NCBI GenBank assembly: GCA_008632985.1
Contig: QPGO01000016.1
Location: 592,840 to 656,839, forward strand
Reading direction: 5' to 3'
Source: Psammoneis japonica
Taxonomy: Eukaryota
Length of the DNA: 64,000 nucleotides
Under the pieces are notes generated by a model. That model saw only the letters and a program-made list of their open reading frames with translations, did no database searches and was not told the DNA's origin. The first letter of the stretch is position 1. Each line of letters begins with the position of its first letter. A program made the translations under genes and the position numbers. Of the stretch, positions 37,168-50,581 are shown one piece after another.

Positions 37168-37374
37168 TGTGGTGTGTGATGCTTGCAGCGGAGGTGACCG
37201 GTGACGGGCGTCAAGCACCCGGTGTCATCGTGCTTTGTTCGCCGAAAAATAAAAGGATCGAACAAGGGCGCTCGCACAAATCAGTCATAGACGGTTGTGC
37301 TGCAAAAAATGAATGCATCGGGTGGAGATCGATCGATGGTTGCAAAAAGACTTGAGATGAAAAGATGCAAATAA

Positions 37375-37480
37375 CAGAGTTGTGAGAGAATCCACAGAGG
37401 AGCTGCCCACCAACCAGTGATGAACTGTTTGCTGATCAGTGAGGCCACCCCCCTCCTCTGATGGCAACCTCACATGTCCA
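37375..37480 (+). repeat. Dispersed ~100-bp repeat (also at ~37718, ~39562, ~48030; partial at ~42563)
   Basis: Consensus acagagttgtgagagaatccagaggagg...gtgaggcccc(tc)ctgatggcaacc. Confidence 0.75.
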
Positions 37481-40047
37481 ACGCACCTGGATGATGACAA
37501 ACAGACAAGCGCCGCCACCATGTGCCAAGATCTCATGCTCAGGCAGCTCTCAGATCACTCACATTCTTTGTTCCCCTCTGTGCACATGTGGCTCCCTCTT
37601 TTGTCTCTCTTTGTCAGCCTCCTGGCTGCTGTTGACACTGTGCAAGCAGCGGCAGCTGCAGTGTGCAAGATTGCCCAGCATCAGCCAAAAAACTTGGCAG
37701 AGAAAAGTTGCAGTCAACAGAGTTGTGCAAGAGAGGATCCAGAGAAGGCTTCCATTGACCAGCAGTCTTTGCTGGTTGGTGAGTGGTGAGGCCCCTCCTC
37801 TGATGGCAACCTCACACCACACCCAAGAACAACACACACACTTCTGAGTGCCACACACCATCAAGAAGCAGGTCTGACAAAGAGAGTGCTGGGCTTGTTG
37901 GAATTTTCCAACTGCAGACAGAAAGGTCCAAGGGTCTTTTTGGTGGGCACCAAGTGACACTGCTTTGAGAAACATGGCAGTTAGATGCAGGGCCAAACTC
38001 TTGCCCATGCAGCCCACTCTCACACCTTGTCTTTGGGAGAGAGGAGACTTGAAATTTGATGCTGGCAGAGATGCTGGCAGAGATCAAAATGTGACCCACA
38101 AACCAACAGCTGCAGGCCAAAGGCTCTGAAGGTCTTTGATGGGCACCAAGCATCACTTCAAAAACTGTGGCAGACAGACACAGGTTCAATCTCTTGCCCA
38201 TGAACTGGCCAAAAATTCATTTCCAACAAGGGCTTTGAAAGCATCCCTGCAACCAGCGCCATTCTGCCAATGCAAGTTGGCAACAGCGGCAGCAGCATGG
38301 AGCTGGTGAACATGACAGTTGCAGCCTGGTCAGAATGAAAACTGTCCCACTGGTTTGTGAGCTGAGCAAAGAAGTTGTTTTGCTTGATCCTCAGAGGATT
38401 CAAGCACACAAACCAGCAGCAAGCTCCTTCTTTTCATCTTGGAGAGGTTCAAATGATGCAAGAATGATGGCCAAATGCAAAAGAGCTTGTCCAAAGCTGT
38501 TGGGGTGTGGTGGACCACCCAACAGCATGACTCTGCTTCCAGCTGAGATCAAGTCTTGAAAATGCCATCTCAAAATCAAGGCACCCATGAGAACACAGCA
38601 ACGCTCATTTGAGACACCAGTGGAAAGCTCTTGATCTCAGCTTTTCAACAACGTGTGCAACACAAGCTGGCAATGGTGCTTCCTTGACAAGTTGGGAGTG
38701 ACAAGCAGCAGCAGCACCACCACCACCAACAACATCAAGTGCAAAGAAGAAATTTGTGTGCAGGCAAATCACTTCATGTTTTTTTCAGTTCTTCTTTGTC
38801 CACAACACAGCTTTGAAACTCTTTTCTTGCAGAAAACAAAACATCAAAAAACAACATGGCAGCAAAGCCGCCAAAGCTGGTGAAAGACATTGAGAATGAT
38901 GAAGCTGTGGAAAAGTTCCATGTGACTGGCTTTCAAGTCCTGCTGATTTGCCAATGTTCTGCAAGCATTGCACAGATGTGAACAAAAGGAAGCCAACAAA
39001 ATGCAAGTGTCCAAAGAAGCCAAGATTGCAGTTGACAGAGAGCAGCAATGTCCCCACCATCAAAATGCTGAGTGACCACACCTGGTGCACTTTGAAAGAC
39101 CAAGCTGTAAAAACACACTGCTTTTTCATCCTGGATCAAGCACCCCTGTTTTGTCAAGAAACACAATGGCAAAAATGATGCTGTTTTGTTTTGCCACTCT
39201 TGCCATGAACTGTCAATGAGGATGCAGGAAAACAGCAGAGAACAGTCTTGTCTGTTCCCATGCTCTCCTTGCATTTCTCAGCAACAACTTTGAGTTTTGG
39301 AGGAGAGCAAAGCTGGTGTGGTGTGCAGAGAGCAAAACATGCTTCCAGCCGTGCACATGATCTCAATGGGAGGGCAGGTCAATCTGCAAACAAGATGCTG
39401 GCACACACTCAAAATGCACACATCTGTGCACTCCTTTTTTGAGGAAACAAAAGAGCTTTCAAAGCCGTGCACAATGAGGCTATTTAGAGAAGGCTCCAGA
39501 ATCTGCTTGAGAGAGGAAGACAAGTTTGGCTTGCCCCCAACCATGAAAAAAGCATGTTGATCAACAGAGTTGTGAGAGAATCCAGAGGAGGCATCCACTG
39601 GCTGGTGGTGTCACTCTTTGATGATTGGTGAGGCCCCCCTGATGGCAACCCCCAGTGTGGCATGTCCAAAAGAGTGATTGTGCAGCACTTGCAAATGCTG
39701 CTGGCTGACAGCCCCCCAGCAGAGCCACAAACCCATTCTGTCATCAAATGGATGAGAGCAAGATGCGCACAGGCTGGCAGTGTCATGTGCTTGCTCAGCT
39801 CAGATCCTTCACTCTTGCTCCCCTTTGCTGGCATGCAGCTTGCTCTTTTCTGTTTTTGTTGGTGTGCAGGGCTCAAAGTGCAGAGCCACTTGGTTTGACA
39901 GAGGTGTGTGTGTGCTTGCAGGGGGGGGGGGAGCAAGGCGCATGCCACCACAGAGGCTGCTGCTCTGTGTGAGACAATGGCAATGCAAAAAAACCAGTGG
40001 CCAAGAGAGAAAAACAAGATTTGACAACAAAAACTTGTGGTCAACAG

Positions 40048-41980
40048 TGTTGGAACATTGGGGCCAGAGGTGGTTTTTGCAGGACAGAAAGTTGCAGTCA
40101 AAGATGCACTGACGACAGTGGACAATGTGGCAAGTTTGTGTTTGCAACTTGGGCTGAGTTGTGGATCTTGTGCTCACTTTTCAGCTTCTGTGCCAGGTGG
40201 GCATGGCAACAGCAGTCAACAGCAATGATCTCACAGTGAGTTTGAAGATGGTGAGACCAAATGCACAACAGCCTGTGAGCCACGAGGCTCCAACACAGAA
40301 ACTGAAAAGTTGTGGCATGACACTCACAGGAGTGGCACAATTTGATGGCTGGGAAGTCAAGAGGAGTCCAAAGTCAAAGGCTGGGAAGTCAAGAGGAATC
40401 ATTCAAAGATGAGGGCTGGGAAGTCCATGGGATTCCAAAGGTGTGACTCATTTTGGCTGATCACAGCAAACAAAATGGCTGGACAAAGGCAAAGAAACAA
40501 TCTCTGGAGGAACTTGCTGCCAAAGAAGCTGATGAGGGTCTGCTGAAAGAGGGCACAGCAAGGTTGTGTCAGGGTCAGTGAGACACAGTGTGCAACTGTT
40601 GGGGCAGGCCATGACACTCCAATGCAAAGTCCCAGAAAAGATGGGGGCAAGGACACAGCTGAGTGCAGAAGCATGAAAGATTTTTAAAAGAGTGGGTGTG
40701 TGATGCCATTGCCACAAGTTTGGATCACAGGCAGATGGTTGAACAGGAACTGCAATTGAGATTGGTGAGTGTGTCAGAAGAATGTTCAGGTTGGAGATGC
40801 AGGCATTGGTGTCTCTGAGGCAGGAGAGCATGCCAGAAAGAACTGGTGAATCCATTTGGAGTCACCACATCAGAGAAGGACAAGGCAACCTGGGGCAAGC
40901 AATGTGATCACTGTGTGAAACAGAATGTGATCTACAAGATGCAGAAGGCAAAGGCCTTCAATGCAATTGTGCGGCATTGTGCAAAGGCCATTCATCACAA
41001 GCTTGAAGGAGTGATGGAGTTTGTGAGAGTCACAAAGAAGTGAGATGTGGCAGCACTGCTGGATGTTCTCAAGCTGATCTTGTTTGGTGCAAATGAGAAG
41101 ACAACCCCGCATGTCCAGGTGGTCTCAAGGCTTGGAAGCAGTTGACACTCATCTGTCAAGATGAAGGAGAGGCACTTCAATGTCATTGCAGTTGGTTTGT
41201 GAGCATGGTGCAAATGGTGGAAATGTCCTGTGGCAGGATCATTGTAGAAGAAATTGCCAAGAAAGAAGGTGGGTTGAGCAAAAAAAAGGCTGATGAAACC
41301 CAGAATGTAGAAAGGAACAAGTCATCAGTGGTGGTGATGCTGATGGAAGGCACCAAGGACCGTTGGCATGCCTTGAAAAACCTGCATGAGCATGTCACAT
41401 TGGGGGCTGACATTTGTCCCATTTCAGCTGAGGAGGCACTGCAGGTGAGGGTGCAAGTTTTGCACAGAGAACAAGAAGAAGAAAAGATTGCATGCTGGAT
41501 GTGCAACAAGGTTGGACATGATCTGAGGAGGGGTTGTCCTGACAATGACCATTCGTTGGCACAGTCAGATGACGCGGACCATGGGAATTGGCAGAGCACC
41601 CAGTCAGCATGGTGTTGGGTGGCACAGTTTCCAAGTGTCATCCTTCCATGCTTGATGTGCATTGGGTCAACAAATTGACAGCTTGTGTGAAGGAGTGTGT
41701 GTTAAAGTGTCAGGGTTGGAGGCAGTTTTTGCAGGACAGACAGACAAAGTTGCACTGTAAAATGCGCTGACAATTGTGGACAACATGGCAAGTTTGTGTT
41801 CACAACCCAGGTTGAGATGTGGCACTGTGCTCACTTTTTAGCCTCTGCACCCAGTCAACATGGCAATGGTGGTTGACAGCAACAGCAATGAGTTTGCAAG
41901 CCACATGATGAGTTCAGAGATGGCAAAGCCAATCATGCGACAGTTGGCAAGCCATGAAGCTCCAGCAAACAGAGTTGAGT
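40048..41980 (+). mobile_element. Decayed Ty1/copia (CoDi-like) LTR retroelement remnant with gag relic
   Basis: Diverged direct repeats start TGTT at ~40048 and ~41700, the second preceded by PPT-like gaaggagtg. Between them are gag-like KLEG...DVAALL..LK.ILF and a zinc knuckle CWMCNKVGH...CP. Confidence 0.55.
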
Positions 41981-44433
41981 GAGCACGGCCCAGGAAAGTC
42001 ACCCCTGCTGGTCAGTGAATTTGCTCTTTTGTGCTGGTTGGTGAGCTCCCTTTCTCAATGGGGCAGCCAGTTCAAGCATCTCCAATGCGCAGCTCCTGCA
42101 TGTGCACACCACACACCAAAAGGGGCACACACCTGTGTGACACACAGATTGTAGATGAGAGCTGGGCTTGTCCAGATCCTTCAAACAGGCAGAGGTGACA
42201 AAAAAGAGCTGGGGACAAAGCATGAAGAGCAGCATGGTTGGGCAACTCAGGCAACACAGAGAGGCACAACCATCCAGCAAACGAAGCTGCGGCAGCTCCC
42301 GCGCCAAAACAAAGGTGCTTCTTTCCAGAAAGAAAAAAAAACAGATCGTGCAGCAACCTGTGAGAGCAGCTGGCTGTGCCACACAATGCTGGCTCTCTGA
42401 CACCAGGACCTGAAAGACCTGAACAAGGACTCACACAACAAATCAGCCACATGCAGAGGTTGGTTGTGCTGCCTGCTGGTCAGCAGGTGCATGCATGTGT
42501 GCACGCACACAAGATCTGCTCTGCAAGCAAAGCTGAAAAGAGGCATGACAAAAAGCTGCAATCAACAAAATTGTGAGAGAAGAGGAGGCCCAAAGGGAAG
42601 TGCCCAGCAACCAACAATGCTGGTCTGCTCTAACCAGAAAGCCTTGTCCAGCAAAGACAACCTCATGCATTTGTTGCAAACAACTTTTGCACATGCATTG
42701 CTGCCATGCATCAAATGGTGAGCAATGTCACACCTGCAAACAAAAGTGGTGTGCCCTGTCAGGCCCACTGAGCTCACAGAATCTTCACTCTTGTTCCCCA
42801 TTTTGGGCACAAAGTTCACTCTCATGTCTCCTGCTGTCTGTGTGGCTTGAAAAGCAAAGCTGCTCAGTTCTATGGAAATGCAAAGAGAACATGAAGGGAG
42901 CACGCCATGTGTGCTCCTTGCCTGCTCTTTCTCTGTCGGCAGCACAGCGGCACTCTTCACTCAGGACACAAGCTTCTGGTGGTGTGTGCCTTGCTGCTTG
43001 CATTGGTCTTCAATCTGTTGCAGTGCAAGAGGGATGAGACAGAGCCATTCTTTCATTTTGAGGAAACAAAAATGCACTGGCACTCACCTGTCTCAAGCAC
43101 CCCTGTCTAAGATGTGAGGCAAACCATCACCAGCTCACTGAGTTCTTTGAGCCTTGTTGAGGTGGTGTGCATCCTTCTTGCCCAGAGCTGAACATTTGAT
43201 GGTTGTTTGATGCTGCCATCACCAGCCTTTGCAACCAGCTTTGTGGTTGCATTGTCCCACTTGCTCTGCCTCCTTTTTGACTTCCTCATTGCACTCCCAC
43301 TCATGAGAGTGATGAGCTTTGCACTGGCAGACATGAGTTGTGGCAGTCAAGGAGACATGAGCTCTGAGCAAAATGTCTTCCTCTCATCAAGCATGGACCA
43401 GAGACACAACAAATGTGCCCCCAACATCATCATTGCCATTTTTCAGTCAAACAGCCTGCTGGCAAAGGCAAAAATGACTCCAGTTGGTGCCAGTGTGTCC
43501 AACTGCCAATTGTCTCCACTGCCATGGGGTGCATGGGATTGGCTGCTTGCTTTGCTTTCTTGCAGGCAATGAGACAGCACTCTCCAAAAGTGTGATGAAG
43601 AGCATTGCAGCAAAGAGCAAAAGGTCCGGGTGCAAGCCAAGGATGGCTTTGATGCAAGCTCAGTTGAGTGCCACATGTCTGCTGTCAAAGCAGTCATTGA
43701 AGCACATGGCGTTGTTGTCAGTGCCCACATTGAGCCAGTCAAACCAATTTTGAGAATCTTTGCCTGATGGTTTTTGCTTTTTCATGCACCTTGGGGTCTC
43801 AGCATGGCACAGATGGACATCATTTGCAAAATGGGAGCTGCCCTGACCACCTGTTTTTTCTCAAATGATTGCCCCAAAATTGCTGCACTTCTTTGTCAAT
43901 GCCTGGCTGCTGCATTGTTTTTTTTCATGGGTGCTTTGACACAAAGTCAACAGGAAGGGTGACAAAGTGCTTGGTCAATGCCCCACCAACTGGGGCTGCA
44001 CTGTGCTGCCCATTTGTCAACTCCTCACATTCCCTTCACTCTGCTGATTGTCCCCAGCTTGAGAAAAGCCTCTGCCTCTGTGACTTGCACACACTGGTCT
44101 TGATGCTCTCAACTGTGCTGAGGTGTGCTTGGGACAGATCCTGTGATGATGAGCAGCAAACACCCACACAAGGAGCAGCACATCTTCAGCTGGCTGCAGG
44201 TCAAGATTTTTGCTGCTGTCATTTTGTTGTTGTTGTTTTGTTGTTGTTGTTGTTCCAGAAGGTGAGCAATGCTGTTGTCATTGTTGGCCATGTCAACAGC
44301 ACTGGATGGTGTTTGTGTGTGTGTCAACACCTTTTGGTGCAGCACACTGATGAAATGTCATGCAGTGATTTCAATGTTTTCTTTTTGTGTTGTCTCTGCT
44401 GGAGCTAAAACATTTGTTGAATTTGCTCATCTT

Positions 44434-45020
44434 TCAAGTTGCAGGGCAGCAGCTTGACTTGCTGCTGTGTGGCCCCACCACAAGACAAACAAATGAGCCA
44501 TTTGTGCAACCCAGTTGATTTGAAAGACTCACAGTGAAAGCAGCATCAGCTTGCCTCAGCAATGCACTCAAAAGTGTTGTGGATGAACCTTGGGCTGGTG
44601 ATGGAGTTGGCACAGTTGCCAGGAAGATCGTTGGACACTTTGAAGGAGGGGACGTTGACGGCATGCTGGAGGGGGAAGTTGCTGGTGCTTGGTCAGTGCA
44701 CGGAGCCCAAAGGTGGAGATGCCAAAGCTGATGCTGACTTGTTGGCAGCACTGGAGTGGACACAGGTGCAACCAGTGCCGGAGGAAACATTGGTGACTTT
44801 GTGGCAGAAGTGGCACAGGCTCAGTTGTTGGTGAAAGCAAGGGTGCTTTGGATCTGATTTGGAACATGGGTGGGTGGCACATTTGTTGGTGAGTGGACTG
44901 GAGAGATGCATTTGCACAAGGAACAGTTGCAGACTTGCTGGTTGGGGCAATGGCAGTGACCCAGATGCAGGCACAGGCTCAGTTGTTGGCAGAAGTGTGG
45001 GTTCCATTTTGTGTTGCATC
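44434..45020 (-). pseudogene. Relic of a Pro/Thr/Ser mucin-like repeat protein
   Basis: PTTEPVP occurs twice, plus PSSMPSTSPPS and PTPSPA, split over several frames. Confidence 0.4.
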
Positions 45021-45499
45021 TGATGTTTGTGTGTGATTGGGTGCTTTCAATGGCTGGTGCAGGGAGGAAGAGATGCACACTTTTGCATGAGCTGGTTGGC
45101 TTGATCCAAGGACATGCAGATGGATGGTTTGATTTGGCATTGCTTGTCAGCACTGTTGTCAGCAAATGGCTCCAACCACTCAGGGAAAAGAGGGAGATGC
45201 ACTCAAAGGCAAAGGGGTCTCAGAAGGGGGGTGGTGGATGTCAAACTTTGTGCTCAGCAGCCCAGCTCATCAGAGGTCATTTTGTTTTGTTTGTCAGTGT
45301 GCAACAAAGCTTGGCATCATGCTGGGTCTCTCTGCACAGCCTCCATGAGGACAGCCTCCATGAGAACTCAGTCTGTGGCTTCTTGCCATCTCCATTGACA
45401 GACAGATAAAATGCACAGAAAATGCACACACTCCAACACAAAAAAATCCTCACCACAACAATGAACCACTGCTCTGCAGAGAGGCAAAGGCAATCAAGC

Positions 45500-47350
45500 C
45501 CATGGAACAATGAGATGTGCAGGGGAACTGTCTTTGTCAGTGGCATGAACAACAAAGCAGTTTTTCCATTGTTGGCAGTGCACAGAAATGGCTCTCATCT
45601 GTCTGGATCCATCTCCTCCTTGCACAGCAAACAGATGTGGGCAGCCTTTGGTCTTTGCACCACACACCAAGCAGGAATGACCCTGCAAAACACACAATTT
45701 ACAAGCACTCCATGCTTTGTCTTCCTGCACTGGCTTCTTGGCTGGGGTCAATTGAGCATCAATGTCGTGACCCATCGGCAGCCCATCTGCACCAAAAGGC
45801 ACCAAAAAATGGGTTTCAATGAGCTGCTTGCAGCAAGACTGGATGAGCCATGCCATGGCCATCATCAATCAACTCTTTTCTGCAAGAAACTCACAAAGTC
45901 CTTTTCACACTCTGCATGACCACCATTGCAGCCATGGCAGCATCTCTGTGTGCCAATGACAGCCATGCAAAAAGTTGAAAAATTCATGTGGTTGGACCAG
46001 TCCAGAGCGCCCAGATTCCATTTGATCTGGAGGTTGTCTTGCATGCTCCCATTGTGCTGATGAATCTTTCTGCAAGTGTTGCAGAGTGTCTCTGGTGCTT
46101 TGGTTTGGGGGGCAGCAAGCTCCAGCTGCTCAGGGGGTTAAAACTTGTGCTGACATTCTCAACTTGTGGGCAACAAGTCTTGGAGTGTGCTGCTTCTACA
46201 TTCAATGCTGGTGAGGTGTTGGTGGCAAGAAAATGCCTTCAATCATTGTCCATCTAGACAAAAACAAGTTTGTCAGCACTGCAACCATCTCACCCCATTT
46301 TGACAACTTCATTGCATTGCCCACACTCTGTGAGCTAAAAATTTTGCAGATGTGCCACAGGAAACTTTGGCATGGCTGTCTTGTTGACACCAATGACATG
46401 CAATCCAGCCAATGCACTCCATTTTTTCAATTGAACCAAACAATGCAAAGTGTGGACAATTGGCACATGTGATGCAATCTGTGCTGGCCAATGGTTGCAC
46501 AAGTTGTTTCAAAACTGCAGCTCCAAGCTGAGTTCTGCATCTCACATCTGTCCTCAGGCTTGCAGTCAATTGCTGCATGCTGTGGGATGCCAGTGTTGAT
46601 CCAGCACCCACCAAGACCTTGTGCCACTTTGACATTGACTCATCCACCCAAACATCAGTCGACGGTGAAAAGTTGGTTGTCAGGTGTTGGTTGAGCACTG
46701 CCACCAAGTTGTCAACCAATTTCCAACAGCACTCTTGTTCAGAAGACATTCCTTCCAGTTGCTCATCTGGCTGATCACTGGACCAAACTGAAGCACGCAA
46801 AACATCAAATCTGTCTGCCCTTGTCCCAAATGCCAGAGCCAAACAACACTTTGCTGTTTGCTGGGATGCACGTTGCCCACAGATCTGACCTGGCATTGAA
46901 CCTGAACTTGGCTGACAGAGCGCACTGATCCAAAAAAACTTCAACAACTCTCAGAGATTTCTTGTGTTGGCTGCTTGACTCTTCCTCAGCTGCCTGTTGG
47001 CAAGCACAACACTTGCACTGAGATGGTTGGGTGAAAACACCACAAAAAATGTCCAACCAAGAAAGACACCCTGCACAGTTGCTGCCATTTTGCCCCAGCC
47101 ATTCTTCCACTTCAGGAGTCTTCACTGTTCATTGTCCAGCTGGCACTAGATCAAGAGCACCCCATGCACACATCCTGCTTTTGCAAGCGCCATGATGCTC
47201 CATGTGCAGCTTCGGCAGGTTGCTCCCTTGTTGTGGTTGCAGGAGCGGCGCTGGTGCTGGCGATGCTGGTGCTTGTCATTGCCCACATCAGAAGGAGCAA
47301 CAGCAAGAGGAGAAGCTGTTGATGGAGTGTTGCTGGAGGAGGGAAGGTTG
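45500..47350 (-). mobile_element. Decayed piggyBac-like (DDE_Tnp_1_7-type) transposase
   Basis: WKLVDN...NFSPS..VWVDESMSKW(H)-GLGGCWINTGIPQHAAIDCKPE..CEMQN and VLKQLVQP match the protist piggyBac-like pattern (DESMSRWYG.GG.WIN.GLP.YV..DRKPE) with Y>H, V>A and R>C changes. Confidence 0.75.
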
Positions 47351-48129
47351 GCATTGGCCACAAAATCTGTTGGATTGTTGGCAGTCATCACCACTGTGGT
47401 GGCAGCAGCCTGTGTTGGTTGTAGAGCATGTGGGTCACCATGGCTGCATCATGCTGCAGCTGCTGAATTCCTTCCTTTTTATGGTGCTGCCACCAAGCTC
47501 ATGCACTGCAGTGACAAACCATGCACACCTTCTGTTGGCGGGGTTGTTTGGCAGTGTTCTCAGCTCTGCTTGAATGATGATCCCCCACCAATCAGCTTCA
47601 TGTTCTTGTTGGAGCTGCACCTTTGGGTGCACTCAGCCTTGCTTGTCACATGCATGGCTTTGGCATGGACTTGGGCACCAGACAATCTGACACCTTAGAT
47701 CTGGTGCCATTGTTTGAGAGGATGCCTCACAATGGTTGTCAAAGAGCAATGGTGATCACATTGCCCCACTCATCTCAAAACAGCAATCAACTTTTTGTTG
47801 TCACTGACTGAGCACAAATTCATTGCCTCCAATTGCAAAGGTCCATTGAAGCCATTGGATTGGCACTGTGGCAGCCAACTCTTCTTCCGACGAGTTTAAG
47901 AGCATGCAAAACAATGTGATGATGCTGTGCGACGTGTGCTTTTGTGTTTAGCGAAACAGCTGGGGGGTCGAAAATCTACCTCAATTGAGGTCCTTGACAG
48001 ACCAGACACTTGACAAAAGGTTGCAAACTACAGAATTGTGAGAGGATCCAGAGGAGGCACCCAATGACTGGTGATGTTGCTCTTTTTTTTCCCCCGGATT
48101 TGTGAGCCCCCCCACAACAAACCAACCCG

Positions 48130-49452
48130 CCACGTCTGGTGCACACTTGGACACGCCACACACATCTTCGGTTTCGTAAAAGAGGCCAAATGTGCGCTTT
48201 GCTAAACACACATTCTTTGCGCACTGCTGCCGCCACTCTGCTGCTCCTCGTGACAGCATCTTCTCTTCCACGGCCTTGTCACACATCAGCCACAGCATGG
48301 TGCCTCTTGCGGCTCCATCCACCGCATTGTCGCATCATTTTGGTGGAGACCAAGCTCGTCAAGATCAACCAGCCATTCAAGCCGTTTGTTGACAGTGGGT
48401 TTGCCGCCAGCTGCATCCACGGCCTCTCGACAACTTGGGTTTTCATTCATCTGGCATAGGGACACCCAGTGCATTCCGCACAGTTCAGAACCTGGGCACT
48501 TCATCTTGTAGAGAGCTTGGGCGCAGTCCACAATGAGGCAGACCTGAAGGATGTTGGCAACCCTCCTGTCCCTGAGCGTGTCGATGACATCGCGCTCTGT
48601 CACTGAGGGTGGATCATCCACCTTCCATCAATTGCAGAGCATGTGGAGAAGCTCTAGACAGGCTTTGCGTGCCGTGTTCTGTGCCTTGGCTGCAACATCA
48701 TCATCTCGGCGCATGCGCTTTGCCCAATCTTCGGCCCAAACCACAGGATCGGTCCCGCCCTGAGCAGAGTGAAGGGTTTCAAGCATTTCCTGAAAGCCGT
48801 TTGAATCGCACATGGCGACAAACTCTTGAATTTCCTGACATGATCTGATCCTTTCCAGGAGATCATTCTTGGATCTATTCCTTTCTTCATGGATTGCATT
48901 CCGCAAGGCAGGGGTGCGCTTCATGTTGGTTGACGACAGTTCCTTTCGACAGAAAGGACAGTTGCTGTTCACATTGAGCCAATTCGTCAACGAAGACTCA
49001 TCGCAAACCATGCCACAAGCTGGATCAGGGCAATCAGGCAACACAGGAATGTCAACAAGCTCGAGTGAAATGGGGCAAAAGCACCATCTTGCAACATCCT
49101 CGCCCGTTTGATCCCTTCGCCCCAAAGCACCGAGCAGCTGCCTGACAAGTGTTTGGTCTTCAGACTCTCATTCATCTCGCATGCTCTCCAAAATGGCTCT
49201 AGCTTCTTCGTGCTCATCGATCGCAGTCAGTTCTCGAAGCCTTGTTCTTCTAAGTTCCTCCTCAAGCATCACAAAGTCTTCATTTGCAGCATCGCTCAGC
49301 CTTTGACTGTTGACAGTTGCAGCATCGCTCAGCCTGTTGGCAGTTTGTGCGAAACCAACGCAACTGAGGTGGAAGTGAATGATGCTTCTGCTTTTGGATG
49401 TCGACTTTGAGAAGCCTTTGGCTTGGGATGCAGCAGGGGCCCTGGCGAACAT
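48130..49452 (-). pseudogene. U-box/RING E3-ligase-like pseudogene
   Basis: CPISLEL..IPV...CG...D..SL.NWL..NS.CPFCR. The frame is interrupted by in-frame TGA at ~49168 and ~48628, compatible with CGA>TGA. Confidence 0.65.
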
Positions 49453-49481
49453 GGCTCATGCCCACAGGGCGATCCAGGAAA

Positions 49482-50581
49482 CTTCGAAGACTTCGAATGA
49501 TTCCATGTTCCATGACATTTCTGCAAATTATTCTACGTGCAGAGCTCGTAGGTTGTTGGTACTTTATAAACAAGGGGCAATAGATAAAAGTTCGAACAAA
49601 TATGTTGTGTGTTCGAAGCTTTCGAACATTGTTCGAAGTGTTCGAATTTTTGTCGCAAACATATTGCCCTCCAAAGATTTTGATTTGAGTCACTTATTGT
49701 TCGAACTTTTCATATTGCCCTTTTGGTCACTTCGAACTTATTCGAACAAAGTTCGAACTCATTCGAACAAGTTCGAAGTGTTCGAACAAGTTGAATTTTA
49801 ATTATTTATTTAGTCATTTATATATCATTACGAATTGACAACCACCGATTTTTGGCACGCGACACCACCACGATGACACGTTCCGTCGAACGAGTTCGGG
49901 CCCACCCGGAACAGTTACCAAGCCATTTGGGTACAGCTATGTCAATGAGGTACTTGCGGATCATATATGTCTCATTGGACTGGTAATTCTTCGTGGTTGA
50001 CAAATGAACGACGGCAAAGGATTCACGTGTTGTTTTGTCGTGCTTTGGCGTAGAAAACCTGCGCAGGCCTGCTCTGAGCCACAAGCGCACGTGGTGAGCT
50101 TGCAGCACATCTCGCAGCTGCCTGCACTTGTCGCTTTGATTGTACATGCCGCATCTCATCATCTCATTGATGCCGGTAGATGCTCGAGACTCGAGCAGCA
50201 GAAGAGAGCACAAAACAACAACGTGAGACATCACACCTGCCGGCACCGCATCGCGCGTGTGCCACCAGCAGCACCGGCACCTGCACCTGCGCACATCATT
50301 CGGCTGTGGATGTCATCGTGACATCATCATTCATCTCCCTGCCTTGCTTTTATTTGTGAATTATAAACTTCGAAAGTGTTCGAAGTGCTTCGAAGTGTTC
50401 GAAGCATTCGAACAACTTCGAACACTTCGAACTTTCTTTGGGGCAGCACAAAGGGCAATGGGCCCTAGAGAAAGAAATTTTACAATGTTCGAAGCTTTTG
50501 TCCATCCTGCACGAGGTCCACGTAGAGACATGTTGACAGGAATTGGGAATCTCTCAACAAATGTTTTTCGAAACTTCGAAG
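49482..50581. repeat. Two clusters of TTCGAA palindromic repeats (~24 copies, often spaced 9-11 bp)
   Basis: About 14 copies in 49482-49790 and about 10 in 50368-50581, with an AT-rich tract at 49793-49842. Confidence 0.9.

Noticed and set aside
49482..50581. TTCGAA arrays as heat-shock elements or a CRISPR array
   Set aside because: Spacing does not fit GAAnnTTC (here TTC-GAA abut and GAA-TTC are 3-5 nt apart). There is no 25-40-nt repeat/spacer structure and no cas genes.
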